Assembly: GCA_964016885.1 (NCBI GenBank)
Contig: OZ024741.1
Span: 175,770,001 to 175,834,000, forward strand
From: Eledone cirrhosa
Lineage: Eukaryota
DNA: 64,000 nt
Direction of reading: 5' to 3'
The position numbers and the translations under genes were made by a program. This document shows positions 1 to 12,936 of the stretch, piece after piece. Every line of letters begins with the position of its first letter. Within the stretch, counting starts at the first letter, position 1. Under the pieces are notes generated by a model. The model did no database searches, had not been told where the DNA came from, and worked only from the letters and a program-made list of their open reading frames with translations.

Positions 1-969
1 ATAACGGCCTTCCTTTCAACACTCAGCTATTCTATCGCAACCAAATATATAGTTGTTTAGCTCAGATATAAGCTAAAGTTTACCAATCATGACCATCATG
101 TCGTTCTTTCAAGAAGTGTGTATCCAGGACAACATACATTAGAAAAAATTATACTACAATTTCAAATGGTGTGATGTGATTTTAGTAAGAATTGGCTATT
201 TTTTCCTACGTTGAATTAGAAATGTTCCTGATGTAAACCATTTTAATCTCATTAATTTTCGAAAGCTAGTGACGTGTTTGGACAAACAACCAACCCTTTC
301 TCCTCACTTAGCTATTGAAATAAATACATGAATGAATAATAACTAAAATGCTTGTAGCTTCATATGAAGGGTTTCTGCTTGGTAGCAACTTGTTTTCCAT
401 CATATTCCTGGACCCTTTATCTATTACTGATAATAGTATCGGAGTTTTCTTAAAAATATCTTCCATTATTTAAAATTCATATCAACAATGGATATTGTTG
501 CTTGTATTCAAGTGCTTATTCACTGAAAAATATTCAACATTTCGTCAAATTTCCATATATGAAATAAAATTTTATTGATAATAATAATAATGATAATAAT
601 CAAAACAATTTAAAACTTTGCTTTTCAGCTCACAATTGAACGGTAAAGCAAATTCCAAGAAATTCTATTTATTCTTATTTTTCAGCCAACGAATTCGTAA
701 TAGATATGATCATGCAAAAATATTTCATGATATCCAAGTCTGCACATTTATAATATTGCGATATGTTTATTCATAAATACAAGAGTGTTGCATAAATTTA
801 ACTGGAAAGGAAAATGTTTCATCAAAATGAATTGTGTCTATGCGTGTATTTCTGAGTTTTATTTAAGCGTACACATTTGTTTGTGTCTATATATGTATTT
901 GTCTTCATTTATGATACGACTTTGCACATAGGTTTCTACACATACACATACACACACACAAAAACACGC

Positions 970-1038
<69 letters not shown>

Positions 1039-1041
1039 AAC

Positions 1042-1090
<49 letters not shown>

Positions 1091-1571
1091 TATGTGTAGA
1101 AGTAAACACAGTAAACCCGTGTCTAAAATTACGAGGGTACATTACACTACAAATGTTATATATTATTCAACCTGAATCATATGGGATGTTACAAGATTCT
1201 TACAAGATTTCTCATACATACCATATCAATAACCAGTTCATCTCCCGGAGAGACTAAAGATTTAATCTGTTCCGCCCTGAATAAATCGTGTTTGTAACAA
1301 GTAATCCGTAGGCATTTCGTCAGCAGGAGATAATACTAAATGTTACATAACTCCTATAACAATAAACTCACTAACGTTTACACCTCATGCGTTGAAAGTC
1401 ATTTGCGGTGCGCGTGGTTATGCTAGAGATAATAGCCTATTTACACTCATTTTTATAAGCTCAACAGATAAGGTGCCGAAATACAAATAAAATATAGAGT
1501 TATTAATTCATATAGATACCCTGCAATTAACAAGCTCAAAGTATAAATACTGAGCATTATAATATTAATAT

Positions 1572-1752
1572 GTGGATTGGCAGTATCGGTAGAGGGTCGG
1601 CGCCATGCTTTCCAGCATAGTTACGTCCCTTTAAGATCTGAGTTCAAATCCCGCCAAGGTTGACTTTGCCTTTCATCCTTACGGGGTCGATAAAATAAAG
1701 TACCAGTAATGTACTCGGTAATTGCTGGCCTTGTGCCAAAAGTAGAAACAAT
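1572..1752 (+). mobile_element. tRNA-derived SINE (Deu/Nin-like core)
   Basis: A box TGGCAGTATCGG, B box GAGTTCAAATC, core GCCTTTCATCCTTACGGGGTCGATAAAATAAAGTACCAG. Flanked by a 19 bp duplication ATTATAATATTAATATGTG (1556-1574 and 1751-1769). Confidence 0.85.
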
Positions 1753-1913
1753 TATAATATTAATATGTGTAGAAGTAAACACAGTAAACCCGTGTCTAAA
1801 ATTACTAGGGTAGAATACACCACAAATGTTATATATCATTCAACCTGAATCATATGGGATGTTACAAGATTTCTTACAAGATTTCTCATACATACCATAT
1901 TAATAACCAGTTC

Positions 1914-2005
1914 ATCTCCCGGAGAGACTAAAGATTTAATTTGTTTCGCCCTGAATAAATCGTGTTTGTAACAAGTAATCCGTAGGCATTTCGTCAGCAG
2001 GAGAT
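1914..2005 (-). ncRNA. Degenerate hammerhead-like motif (second copy at 1240-1331)
   Basis: Minus strand ATCTCCTG-CTGACGA-aat-GCCT..GGGC-GAAA...TC-CGGGAGAT. Stem I has 8 bp, but stem III is poorly formed and there are 3 extra nt before stem II. Confidence 0.3.
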
Positions 2006-2143
2006 AGACTAAATGTTACATAACACCTATAATAATAAACTCACTAACGTTTACACCTCGTGCGTATTATAATGCTCAGTATTTATACTTTGAGCTTGTT
2101 AATTGCAGGGTATCTATATGAGTTACTAACTCTATATTTTATT

Positions 2144-2186
<43 letters not shown>

Positions 2187-2250
2187 TCTGAGCAAATATA
2201 TATATATATATTAGATTAGAGCAAACATCACGGACGCTCTATCTGAAAAT

Positions 2251-2289
2251 TATTTTTGAAAAGCATTAGAAATGCGCAACCGGTAATAC
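2251..2289 (+). ncRNA. Degenerate U3-A8 variant hammerhead
   Basis: TTGAAAA-GCATT aga AATGC-GCAA-CCGG-TA. GAAA is mutated to GCAA. Same layout as 13753, 49178 and 55845. Confidence 0.45.
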
Positions 2290-2397
2290 TTAAAACCAAA
2301 ACTGAATACTAACCAATACTATTACCAATTCTCACTTATTCCTAATTAAACTATTTTTCACTGTGAACAATTTGTCAGCATTTTCTTTTCCGTTTAC

Positions 2398-3000
<603 letters not shown>

Positions 3001-3073
3001 TGTGAGAATTGATTTCCTATGGAATACTCAATACATTAGAATAGTGTAGCCATGTATATTTTATATAAAAATA

Positions 3074-3122
3074 ACGTCTACACGACTAGAAGTGTTTCAT
3101 TCGTATAAAACCACCAGGAATG
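3074..3122 (-). ncRNA. Degenerate hammerhead, same family as 50256-50304
   Basis: Minus strand CATTC-CTGGTGG-ttttatacgaat-GAAA-CACttctagtcGTG-TA-GAC, against CATTC-CTGATGA-tctcctacgaat-GAAA-CAGAtctagtTCTG-TA at 50.3 kb. Confidence 0.45.
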
Positions 3123-3473
3123 TCCTGGTTATTTCATACGTATGAAACATTTCTAGTAGTGTAATGTAATAAAACACACACACACACACACATGCATACA
3201 CACATACGCACACACACTCACAAACACACACACACATATATACATGCACACTCACACACACACACACACACATATATGTATATGTGTGTTCATATACAAT
3301 CAACGTATAAGAGCCTTCATATCAAAGAATACATATCTTTTGTTATGAAAAAATATTTTTCGCTTTCTGCTTGTGAACATGTCACCCCTATTATGTTTCA
3401 TGCTATCTCTTACCAATATATCTATATACAGTATCTACTAACAGTACAAATATATGTGTATATATATAGGTAA

Positions 3474-3554
<81 letters not shown>

Positions 3555-3561
<7 letters not shown>

Positions 3562-4268
3562 GACGTAAAATAAAAAAATATTTTTTAAAAAAAAATTCAA
3601 AAAAAAAAAATTTTTTTCTTACTTAAATTTTCACTCCAACTAATTAGTTTCTGCAATGGGATAAAGACAGTTACGTAATTCAACTGTCGAGAATTCATTG
3701 CGTCATCAGGAAGTCTATTCTCAGTTAAGTCTCCAGGCAATGCGCGGACACTGGCGGCTCATATAAAAATAATAATAATTCGGTAGATCGAACAGCTTGC
3801 GAGGACTGAATTCTATGTACCGAAATTCTCACTGCTTCAAGTCAAATGGCCGATTCTAAAGAATCAATCACGTGACACAGAGGCTAGTTAGAAGGAATGG
3901 GATGGTAAGATGACTGACGCCTACTAACACCCCAAAAAAATTTTTTTAGAAGTGGTTTTGACAAGTTTGCTCGACAAATCAGTGATTTGGAGATAAATAT
4001 AGATAATTTAATATATCAACTAACATAAGCGCACAGATGCACGCCCATGCCAGCAAATACACAGGTTATGTCATAGTACCTAGGTGGTTCAATGCAGGAG
4101 AATGCAGAACAATAATATAAAGGACGTAAAATAAAAAAATATTTTTTTAAAAAAAATTCAAAAAAAAAAATTTTTTTCTTACTTAAATTTTCACTCCAAC
4201 TAATTAGTTTCTGCAATGGGATAAAGACAGTTACGTAATTCAACTGTCGAGAATTCATTGCGTCATCA
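3555..4268 (-). mobile_element. 560 bp-period partial tandem carrying a hammerhead (non-autonomous PLE or retrozyme-like)
   Basis: 3555-3708 is repeated at 4115-4268. TA-rich tracts lie on both sides. The HHR lies in the repeat. No coding capacity is evident. Confidence 0.65.
3633..3714 (-). ncRNA. Type I hammerhead ribozyme
   Basis: Minus strand ACTTC-CTGATGA-cGCAATG...CATTGCa-GAAA-CTAATTAG-TT-GGAGT. Stem III is palindromic (ACTAATTAGT). The second copy, 4193-4268, is cut off exactly at the C of CTGATGA. Confidence 0.8.
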
Positions 4269-4890
4269 TATATATATCGAATATATATATCGAATATATA
4301 CATCATATATATATCGAATATTTTTTGCGGATATAGAGGTTATCTCCCTTGCTGAATTCCATGTGCGTTTTTTCAGCCTGGGTTATGCCTTTTCATTCGT
4401 TCGGACAAAAGCTCGTTGAGGAAGTAAATTCCGGTCCGCTGGCTCCTAGAAGTCTTATATATTTTTATGTGAGCTGATAGAGGGCAGTTTAAGGATTTAC
4501 AGAAACCCAAGAAGCTAGATTTACCATCTTTCTAGCTGGTCCGGGTATGCTTTTTACATTCATTCGATTTATTGATTTATTGATATTTTATCTGAGTGTC
4601 CCGAATCTTCCAGATCGCAATTTTTCGGTCGTATGGTTGATTATAGACTTGTTCTATGTGTGACGGTATTTTAACGATAGTTATAGCTCTGATTTATCTG
4701 AATTATTGAGCCCTCTGCCGCTCATTTCGAATTTTGTTTATCGCGAACTCGTGCGCCGATTTTTCGATACTCGATTATTCTACTATATATATATATATAT
4801 ATAGTATTATCCGTAGTGTTGTAATATGAATATTATACACAGTAGATGTACAGCTCCTTTTACTGAACTGTATCCATTTAAATCCTTCTA

Positions 4891-4955
<65 letters not shown>

Positions 4956-4968
4956 ACCATATAGGTAA

Positions 4969-5049
<81 letters not shown>

Positions 5050-5086
5050 ATTAATAAATGGAAACTATATTTATAAAACCATATTT

Positions 5087-5149
5087 ATTTCATTATATAT
5101 ATTTCAAGGATACCAAGTTAAATCATGGTATGCCTTCATCAGACAAAAT
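5087..5149 (-). ncRNA. Type I hammerhead ribozyme on a ~135 bp island in (TA)n
   Basis: Minus strand ATTTTGT-CTGATGA-AGGcATACC...GGTATCCTt-GAAA-TATATA-TA-ATGAAAT. Confidence 0.8.
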
Positions 5150-5178
5150 GCAATATATAACAATTTAAATAGAACTTT

Positions 5179-5216
<38 letters not shown>

Positions 5217-5273
5217 TAACCGATAAAAGTTTAAGCAAAGAATCGGTGCTTTCACCCTTTCTTCTGAAACTGA

Positions 5274-5333
<60 letters not shown>

Positions 5334-5362
5334 GTATATATATATATATATGTATATATATG

Positions 5363-5457
<95 letters not shown>

Positions 5458-5497
5458 AAAACGAAGAATCAGTGATGCATCTTAACACAATTTATTT

Positions 5498-5591
5498 ACG
5501 TATTACAAATGTTTCTCCGGCGAACAGCTCAAGGTGCGATCTGTTTGTCGATCGAACCTGACTCTGGATAACTCAAGTTCCTCAGATACGT
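5498..5591 (-). ncRNA. Type I hammerhead with long stem II insert, within an inverted pLTR-like segment
   Basis: Minus strand ACGTAT-CTGAGGA-(~63 nt)-GAAA-CATTTG-TA-ATACGT. Homologous to 57546-57641 and 60085-60180. Confidence 0.6.
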
Positions 5592-5788
5592 CTAGTGATT
5601 TCGAAGCAAATCCTCTTTCTGCCAGACTGCTACCCTTCGAGTTTCTATCATCTACCATCATCCTGCATGCGCGGCACTCCGGTTGGTTGATATTTCATGA
5701 CGTCATCTTTTATGTTTGACCATTTAAATGTGCCCACTGACCATTTCCATTCAGGCGTGAGCTGTCTTTGGTCTTTCTACTATCTTAA

Positions 5789-6130
5789 CTCAATATTAAG
5801 ATAGTAGAAAGACCAGGTACCTCCATAAACACACTTATTAGCAAGACATACCCTTTTCAAAGACGTCCCTGTATAGATAAGAAATGTATAATCTGTAAAT
5901 TAAACCCCCATATTAACTGTAAAACTAGAAATGTAGTATATAACATAAGATGTACTGAAGGACAATGTAGAGATAAAACTATAGTGTACATAGGTGAGAC
6001 AGCTCGTAGTATAGGGGAACGGATAAATGAACACTGGCGAAACCTTCAAGATAGTAAAGAATCAACTGTACTCTACCAACATGCTAAAATAGAACATAAG
6101 GGTAAATTAGAGAACATAGAAATAAAAATC
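5789..6130 (+). pseudogene. Penelope-like element GIY-YIG endonuclease fragment (not in ORF track, no ATG)
   Basis: Manual translation: LNIKIVERPGTSINTLISKTYPFQRRPCIDKKCIICKLNPHINCKTRNVVYNIRCTEGQCRDKTIVYIGETARSIGERINEHWRNLQDSKESTVLYQHAKIEHKGK. Contains VVY/YIGET motifs, the catalytic R and CCHH residues. Confidence 0.9.
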
Positions 6131-6398
6131 GGACCTTATATTGCGTTGTTTCCTTGATCAAGACACTTTATTTCACGTTGCTCCAGTTTACTCAGCTGTA
6201 GAAATGAGTTGTGGCATCACTGGTGGCAAGCTGTACTGGCCATAGCCTTTCCCTTGGACGTAATCGGTGGTGTGGAGAGGGGAGGCTGGTATGCATGGGC
6301 AACTGCTGGTATTCCTCAAACAAACTTGCCCGGACTTGTACCTCGGAGGGAAACGTTCTAAGTGCAAATAACATTCTCATTCGTGACGAAAGGAGATC

Positions 6399-6400
<2 letters not shown>
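6131..6400 (+). mobile_element. Probable SINE fragment of a second family
   Basis: CCTTGATCAAGACACTTTATTTCACGTTGCTCCAGTTTACTCAGCTGTAGAAATGAGT resembles conserved metazoan SINE central domains; it truncates the GIY-YIG fragment. Confidence 0.5.
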
Positions 6401-6471
<71 letters not shown>

Positions 6472-6515
6472 AATAACAGAAGGCTGGACTGGGGTAAATC
6501 CTTGAAAATGTTATT

Positions 6516-6573
6516 ATACTATGATCATTTCAATGACCGGGTTCAGTATGAATCCGGTGACATCATCAGGTAT
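6516..6573 (-). ncRNA. Type I hammerhead ribozyme
   Basis: Minus strand ATAC-CTGATGA-tgtcACCGG...CCGGTcatt-GAAA-TGATCA-TA-GTAT. Palindromic stem III ATGATCAT; the base of stem II is imperfect. Confidence 0.7.
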
Positions 6574-6741
6574 TCAACTACCTGTCCAAGCTGTAGATCA
6601 ACATAAGGTGACACAATTGTTAACTCTATGGTGAACTAACTGTTGTGTTACTACTTCTACCAAACTCGTCCCATGGACTGAGTGCTCTACCACTACGGAT
6701 ATTACCTTCCAGTGTTCGACCTCTCTCTCACTATATATATA

Positions 6742-7070
<329 letters not shown>

Positions 7071-8781
7071 CATATATATAATATTTAGACATGAAAGAAA
7101 ATGAAATATCTATCTGAATGTGAACCATTTCTGAACGATAGCGTGAAATGAAAGTATGAAGCTGTAATAACCGAAACTCATTGGAGAGTCCTTTGATATA
7201 ACTCAATAAATCCTTGCTTAATAGAAGCATTATGGTTTTGATCTGTTTTTGCTTTAGCAAAAATAAATAAATTAGTGGTGGTGAGTGGCGTTGTCAAAAT
7301 TAAAAGTGAAATTTGGTTTTGTCATGGATTCAATAGATTCTTGCGTAAAACGAATAAAGATATAAAAATAATTATATAAATAAATATAATGAAAATAAGC
7401 ACACTCACATCAGTGCATTTACATACACAAGCTCACGCACATATATACCTCTATAAACATACACAAAATGCTGCACGGACGCACAAACATATGCATACAC
7501 ACATGCAGGGAAATTAGTGTATGTATGTAAAGCAAATATCTGCAGAATTAGTTTCATGTTATAAAAATCTGTAAATTCGGCTGTCGCTTTTATTAATGCG
7601 TTCGTCTCTGTATCTCACACTATTTGATGGCTTTGTTGATGTTGTATTTTTGTATTGTTGTAATTGCTGTTAATGTCTTTATTGTTGCTTGTACTTAGCT
7701 CTATACTTGGTGTGTTTGATCTTGTTGCATTGATCTTGATTTTGTTGTTATTTTTCTTGAGTTGTTGTTCTTCGTGTTGTTGTTGCTAGCTCTATCTGAT
7801 GAATTTGTTGTCGTTTTCCAATGCCTCTTTTAACAATTTTATGGTGAATTAGAGACCGTTTGCTGGAAGAAATGATTTTTCACAGCGGAATTATTAAATG
7901 GAGATCCCCAAAGAAAATTCTTAGGTCATTCAGGTTTGTAAAACACACACACACTATTTATACTACATTGTTTCTAACTAGTTGAAAATGTTATACTTCA
8001 ACACAAAATGCACAGAGAAAAACAGTTAACTAAGACGAACAGACAGCCGCATCTCTACCTCGTCAGCCACCAGCTTACGTGCAATTTCGCGCATTAATGT
8101 GATATAGTACTTGTAATGCCAGTTTGCACAGCAGATTGGGAAATTATTCTGTTAGTAAGCTGCGTATGAGACAATGCCACAACAAGAATTGACAGGACAA
8201 TATACAAGACAATAAACAGATGAATATATGAAAATATTGAGTAGAAATAGCCAAGATATATGACTGAATTTAAACATGATATTATTTACAGCAAACACAT
8301 TCCCGCGGACGATGGCCAGTGACACCCATTGCAATAGCCAGCCAACATAGCGGGGCTCGCTCCTCAGAGTGGCCGCACAAGAAGGGTTGGCCTGTAGTAG
8401 CAAAGCTTTTCTGTCCGAAATGTGAATGACGTTTTGCGTACGAGTAAGTCACTGTACCAGTAATGAACTGGGTAATGCCTGGCCTTGTGCCAAAAATAGA
8501 AACAATTATTAGTTTTACGCCCATTATCACTATGTTTCGGGTTACAACTATGCTCCCCCGATTGTATAATCAGTTGTGATTCCGGAGATAGATAGAATTA
8601 AGAATGTACATATGGTTGTTTATCGATGTGTATGTGAAAGTATGTACTTATCATAGTGTGCGCCTTTGTATATGTGAATATGTATGGGTATGCGCTCACT
8701 GGATACAAAGACTTTCGTGAACATCAATTTAGACATATACTGTTGGATGGCTAGATGTATAGACGAATATATATGTGCGTG

Positions 8782-8812
<31 letters not shown>

Positions 8813-8887
8813 CAGCCATGTAGAGCGAACTTTTTTTTTTTATTTGAATTTGGCAAAGCCGGCCATTTATCGCTCGTATACACGAAA

Positions 8888-8995
8888 CTGACTGGCCAGT
8901 CTGCTGATATGCAAATCTGGCTTATCAGTGGATCTGCTAATATGCAGATCTGACTGATCAGCCAGTCTGCTAATATGCAAATCAAGCCGATCAGT
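8888..8995 (+). repeat. 33 bp minisatellite (about 3 units) containing the octamer ATGCAAAT
   Basis: TCTGCT(G/A)ATATGCA(A/G)ATC recurs, with octamer-like words at 8909, 8942 and 8975. Confidence 0.8.
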
Positions 8996-9059
8996 CACTG
9001 CATATTTTTTAAAATAGCATATATTTTCATAAGCTCTGACAGTTTGGCAGGTGAACAGT

Positions 9060-9109
9060 GAGCTGTACTGATGAAGGGTGATACCCAGAAACATTAGTGT
9101 CTGCAGTTC
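9060..9109 (+). ncRNA. Type I hammerhead ribozyme (GUC site)
   Basis: GAGCTGTA-CTGATGA-aGGGT gat ACCCa-GAAA-CATTAGTG-TC-TGCAGTTC. 8 bp stem I; near-palindromic stem III. Confidence 0.85.
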
Positions 9110-9904
9110 TGTTCGCATGCCAACACAAGAGCAAGAATGAAGTGTTCATTCTACTGACATGGCTATAAAAATGAGGCTTGTTTTCAAAATTGCAAACGAA
9201 TCGAATGTTATTAATATTCGAAAAACTCAGATCATAAAGGGCCGTAGCTCTATGCTGCAAAGTATGTTGTCCGACGCTCTACCGATACTGCCAATCCAAA
9301 GGCGAATGAGTATACTCAGTAAAATAAAGATCAAAGGAATTAAAGTTGAGTAAATATAATCAGCAAAGTATAATCCGATATAGAATAAGTGCTATCATCG
9401 GAAAAAAGCACCACATATTTGAATAGAGGAATACAGTCTTATATGCTAAGCATAAAAAACTCCATCTCAACAGAAAGTTTGAAAATGTATCATTAGCTGA
9501 CAGTTGATACAAAATTATGAATAAAAGGAAGGTAATTCATAAATGTTTTTTATAAGAGCGTTACAAATTATTAAATGGAAAAATAAATATTTAGTAAGTC
9601 AAGGTGCAATTACATAAACATTTGATTTAGGGCTAATGATTATAGAACAAAAAAATCTAAAAAAAAATTATTAAACAAATTTTACAAATACAAATAAAAT
9701 AAAAAAAATTATGTACATATGTTAAATAATATCAAAAGATAAAAAATTATCTAACTATAAAAAATCTATACTAGCTAATTAAATATTTAAGAAATTATAA
9801 CAATATTGAAGATATATTACTGAAAAAATATAGTGATAACACTCATTCTATATTGGATTATACTTTGCTGATTATATTTTCTCCTTTGAATGGTTTGATT
9901 AATA

Positions 9905-10445
9905 ATAATTTCTTATATAGGCACACGGCCAGTAATTTTGGGGTAGGGGAAAGTCGATTAAATTGACCCCCAGTGCGTGTCTGGTACTTTATTTTATCGA
10001 CGCCGCAAGGATGAAAGGCAAAGTTAACCTTGGTGGGATTTGAACACATATCATAAAGGGCCGTAACTCTAAGCTGTAAAGCCTGGCGTCCGACCCTCTA
10101 CTGATACTGCGAAACCACCGCCCTAATGGTTTGAAAAATAATTGTTTCTACTTTAGGCACAAGGCCAGCAATTTACAAGTGCATTACTGGTACTTTAATT
10201 TATCGACCCCGTAAGGATGAAAGGCAAAGTAAACCTCGGCGGGATTTGAACTCAGACCGTAAAGGGACGTAACTATGCTGGAAAGCATGTCGTCCGACTC
10301 TCTACCGATTCTGCCAATCCACCGCCCTATGGTTTGAAACATAATTGTTTCTACTTTAGGCACAAGGCCAGCAATTACCCAGTGCATTACTGGTACTTTA
10401 TTTTATCGACCCCGTAAGGATGAAAGGCAAAGTCAACCTCGGCGT
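9905..10445 (-). mobile_element. Cluster of about three tandem tRNA-derived SINE copies
   Basis: GGATGAAAGGCAAAGT core recurs near 10010, 10215 and 10418; junction CCACCGCCCTA(A)TGGTTTGAAA is repeated. Confidence 0.85.
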
Positions 10446-11261
10446 TTGAAAAATAATAGTTTATCTTTATGACTGAATGACGCAGTCGAATATTTTATAT
10501 CCATTAATAAAAATATCTTTTGGAGATGTATTTTTTTATATTTTTTAAAATTTGTATTTGAACTGCACACCTGATTTTATTAACTTTAAACATTTTTACA
10601 ATGCTTATGATATATGTTAATTTACTAATTATGTCTTGCACTATACTTAACTTCTCTTTAACAGCATGTTTCTATATAGCAGTGTGTTTTTAAAATTATT
10701 AATGCTTAGATCTGCTCCTAATTATCTTTTATTGGATTCATATGCTCCCATTTTTCAGATGCTTCTTCTACCTTTGCTATCTTTTCTTATATAAATGCTG
10801 ATACTTATGCGTACTTCAATTTTTTAATTACTCTAGCGTTGAGTGCTTCATGACAGTCTCGAAATTCAATCGGATGCGAATCTGCTACTTGCAGCTGCAA
10901 CTTCATTTATACTTATTACTATTATGTATATAGGAATAAATAAATAACCAAGGTTTCATGGATTGATACATTATTTAAAATGATTTATGTATGTTTCTTT
11001 CAAATGCAGAAGGAGGTTGCATTTGAAAAAAGTAAATAAGTTTTATATATATTAGGGAGAGCGTTAAATATAATGTAAGCCTAGATATGTGAGGAATGGA
11101 ATTTTTCAACTGCATGAATTATCTAGCGGTTAGTTTGACTAGTATATTTAATGCTCATATTTTGACTTGAATATACATTATAAGAGTGAAGTTAGGGCTT
11201 ATCAATTAATTCCTTAACTTTACAAGCATATATACATACACACAAATATCTATATCTATAC

Positions 11262-11326
<65 letters not shown>

Positions 11327-11328
<2 letters not shown>

Positions 11329-12420
11329 TTAAAACAATGAAATAAAAAATCAAGTCATTAGAGATATACTTCACTGCTTTACGATCGTTTCTAGATGATG
11401 ATAATACATTTTAGCTATACTCCGTTATTGATCTATGTAAGGTTAGTTACAAAATATCAGATAAAGAGAATATTTACTTACATGCATATCACCAGCTGTT
11501 TTCAAAAGCAATAATAATTTTATTTAGAGTTAGTAGTATGTTAGTATTATGTCCTTATTTGGGGGTCGTTGAAGAACTAACCAATCAAATTGTTTTTTTC
11601 ATATGGTGTTAAGATGAAAAGTAATACACTTTAGTTGAGGTCATGACCCTTTGAAAGGAATGGTTGAATGGTGTTAATAGTAGAATTGGCATAAAAATCT
11701 ATTAGGAGGAAAGGGATTGTCAAACTGATAGTTGAATGTATATGGTATAGTGAAGTTAAAAAGAATGTCAAAATAAATGGTGATTAGTGTTGTATTGAGT
11801 TTTTAGGTGAATATAAATTAAGGCTATGGCTATGGAAGATAGTATATTAAAAGATGAAAATTATAATAAGATAATGAAATACAGTAATACGATAATATAC
11901 AACTTAACCAACACAATAGAGTATGGTGTGGTTAATTGCACTTAGTATAATACAGCATATGATACGCTCTAAAATACTATCAAGTATGTTTTTGCATAAA
12001 TAATTGTTTCTACTTTAGGCACAACCAGCAATTACCCAGTGCATTATTGGTACTTTATTTTATCGACCCCGTTGGGATGAAAGGCAAAGTCAACCTCGGC
12101 GGGATTTGAACTCAGATCGTAAAGGGACGTAACTATGCTGCAAAGCATGGCGTCCGACCCTCTACCAATACTGCCAATAAATAATCAAACTCACATAAAT
12201 ACATGTTGGCATAGTTAAAACACTTAAATTTCATACATTACAAAGTGCATATATCCACACTATATATATAGAGAGGTACAGTTATATTGATATCCAACCA
12301 AAAATATACATACGCACAAATAGATGCAAACCTAAATACACATTTACACATATGCACATAATCATATACACACATATCCATACATATCTATATCCACACA
12401 TACACACCTATACCCACATA
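11327..12420 (+). repeat. Dispersed ~0.9 kb repeat starting at (TA)n; copies at 43225-44160 (+) and 60283-60498 (-, partial)
   Basis: GTTAAAACAATGAAATAAA..TCAAGTCATTAGAGATATACTTCACTGC.. colinear between copies; family unclassified. Confidence 0.85.
12001..12177 (-). mobile_element. tRNA-derived SINE with target-site duplication
   Basis: Same core as other copies; flanked by ATAAATAAT; absent from the paralogous repeat at ~43895. Confidence 0.88.
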
Positions 12421-12936
12421 TATACATATATACATATACGCACATATACATGCACACACATATATATATATATACATATACATATATATATATACACACA
12501 CACATATATATATATGTGTGTATGTACACTCCTCATACATGTACACACACTCATATATAAACACTCATACACCTATACTCACATATACACACAAACACAC
12601 ACATATATATATATATACATACACACATACACACACACATACATATACATATATATATATACATACATATATACACATACATAAATATATATATATACAC
12701 ACACATAAATATATTTCCATATCATATATAGATATATATTTTCTCATGCAATTACGGGTGGTTATGTACCGTGTTGCCTTTAGTCATTAACGCATAACCC
12801 TAAGGAAGCTAAAACATTGAAAGGTAAAAAATAAGCATGAATGCATATAATTAGGGGAAAGGGGTACTAATAAATGTTACTCTATATAGAATTATAGTGA
12901 GTTGCTATTTAGAATATTTAATTAGGTTTATAGTAT

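Larger units (their letters stand above)
1082..2148 (-). mobile_element. Partial-tandem (~480 bp period) unit with terminal inverted segment, probable non-autonomous Penelope-like insertion in (TA)n
   Basis: 1082-1392 is directly repeated at 1757-2065. 2066-2148 is the reverse complement of 1481-1563. Both ends abut (TA)n. A degenerate hammerhead-like motif lies in the repeat. Confidence 0.55.

Noticed and set aside
1572-1660. tRNA gene
   Set aside because: The A and B boxes belong to a SINE head; there is no complete cloverleaf.
7151-7194. GAAACTC...GAGTC with upstream ATGAAGC
   Set aside because: Could be an old HHR, but it needs at least three core or stem corrections; not called as a feature.
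7796-7810. Isolated CTGATGA (likewise ~23129, ~42288, ~42750, ~63113)
   Set aside because: No compatible stem II, GAAA, stem III and stem I arrangement.
8888-8995. CRISPR-like repeat array
   Set aside because: Contiguous minisatellite without unique spacers, no cas genes, eukaryotic context.
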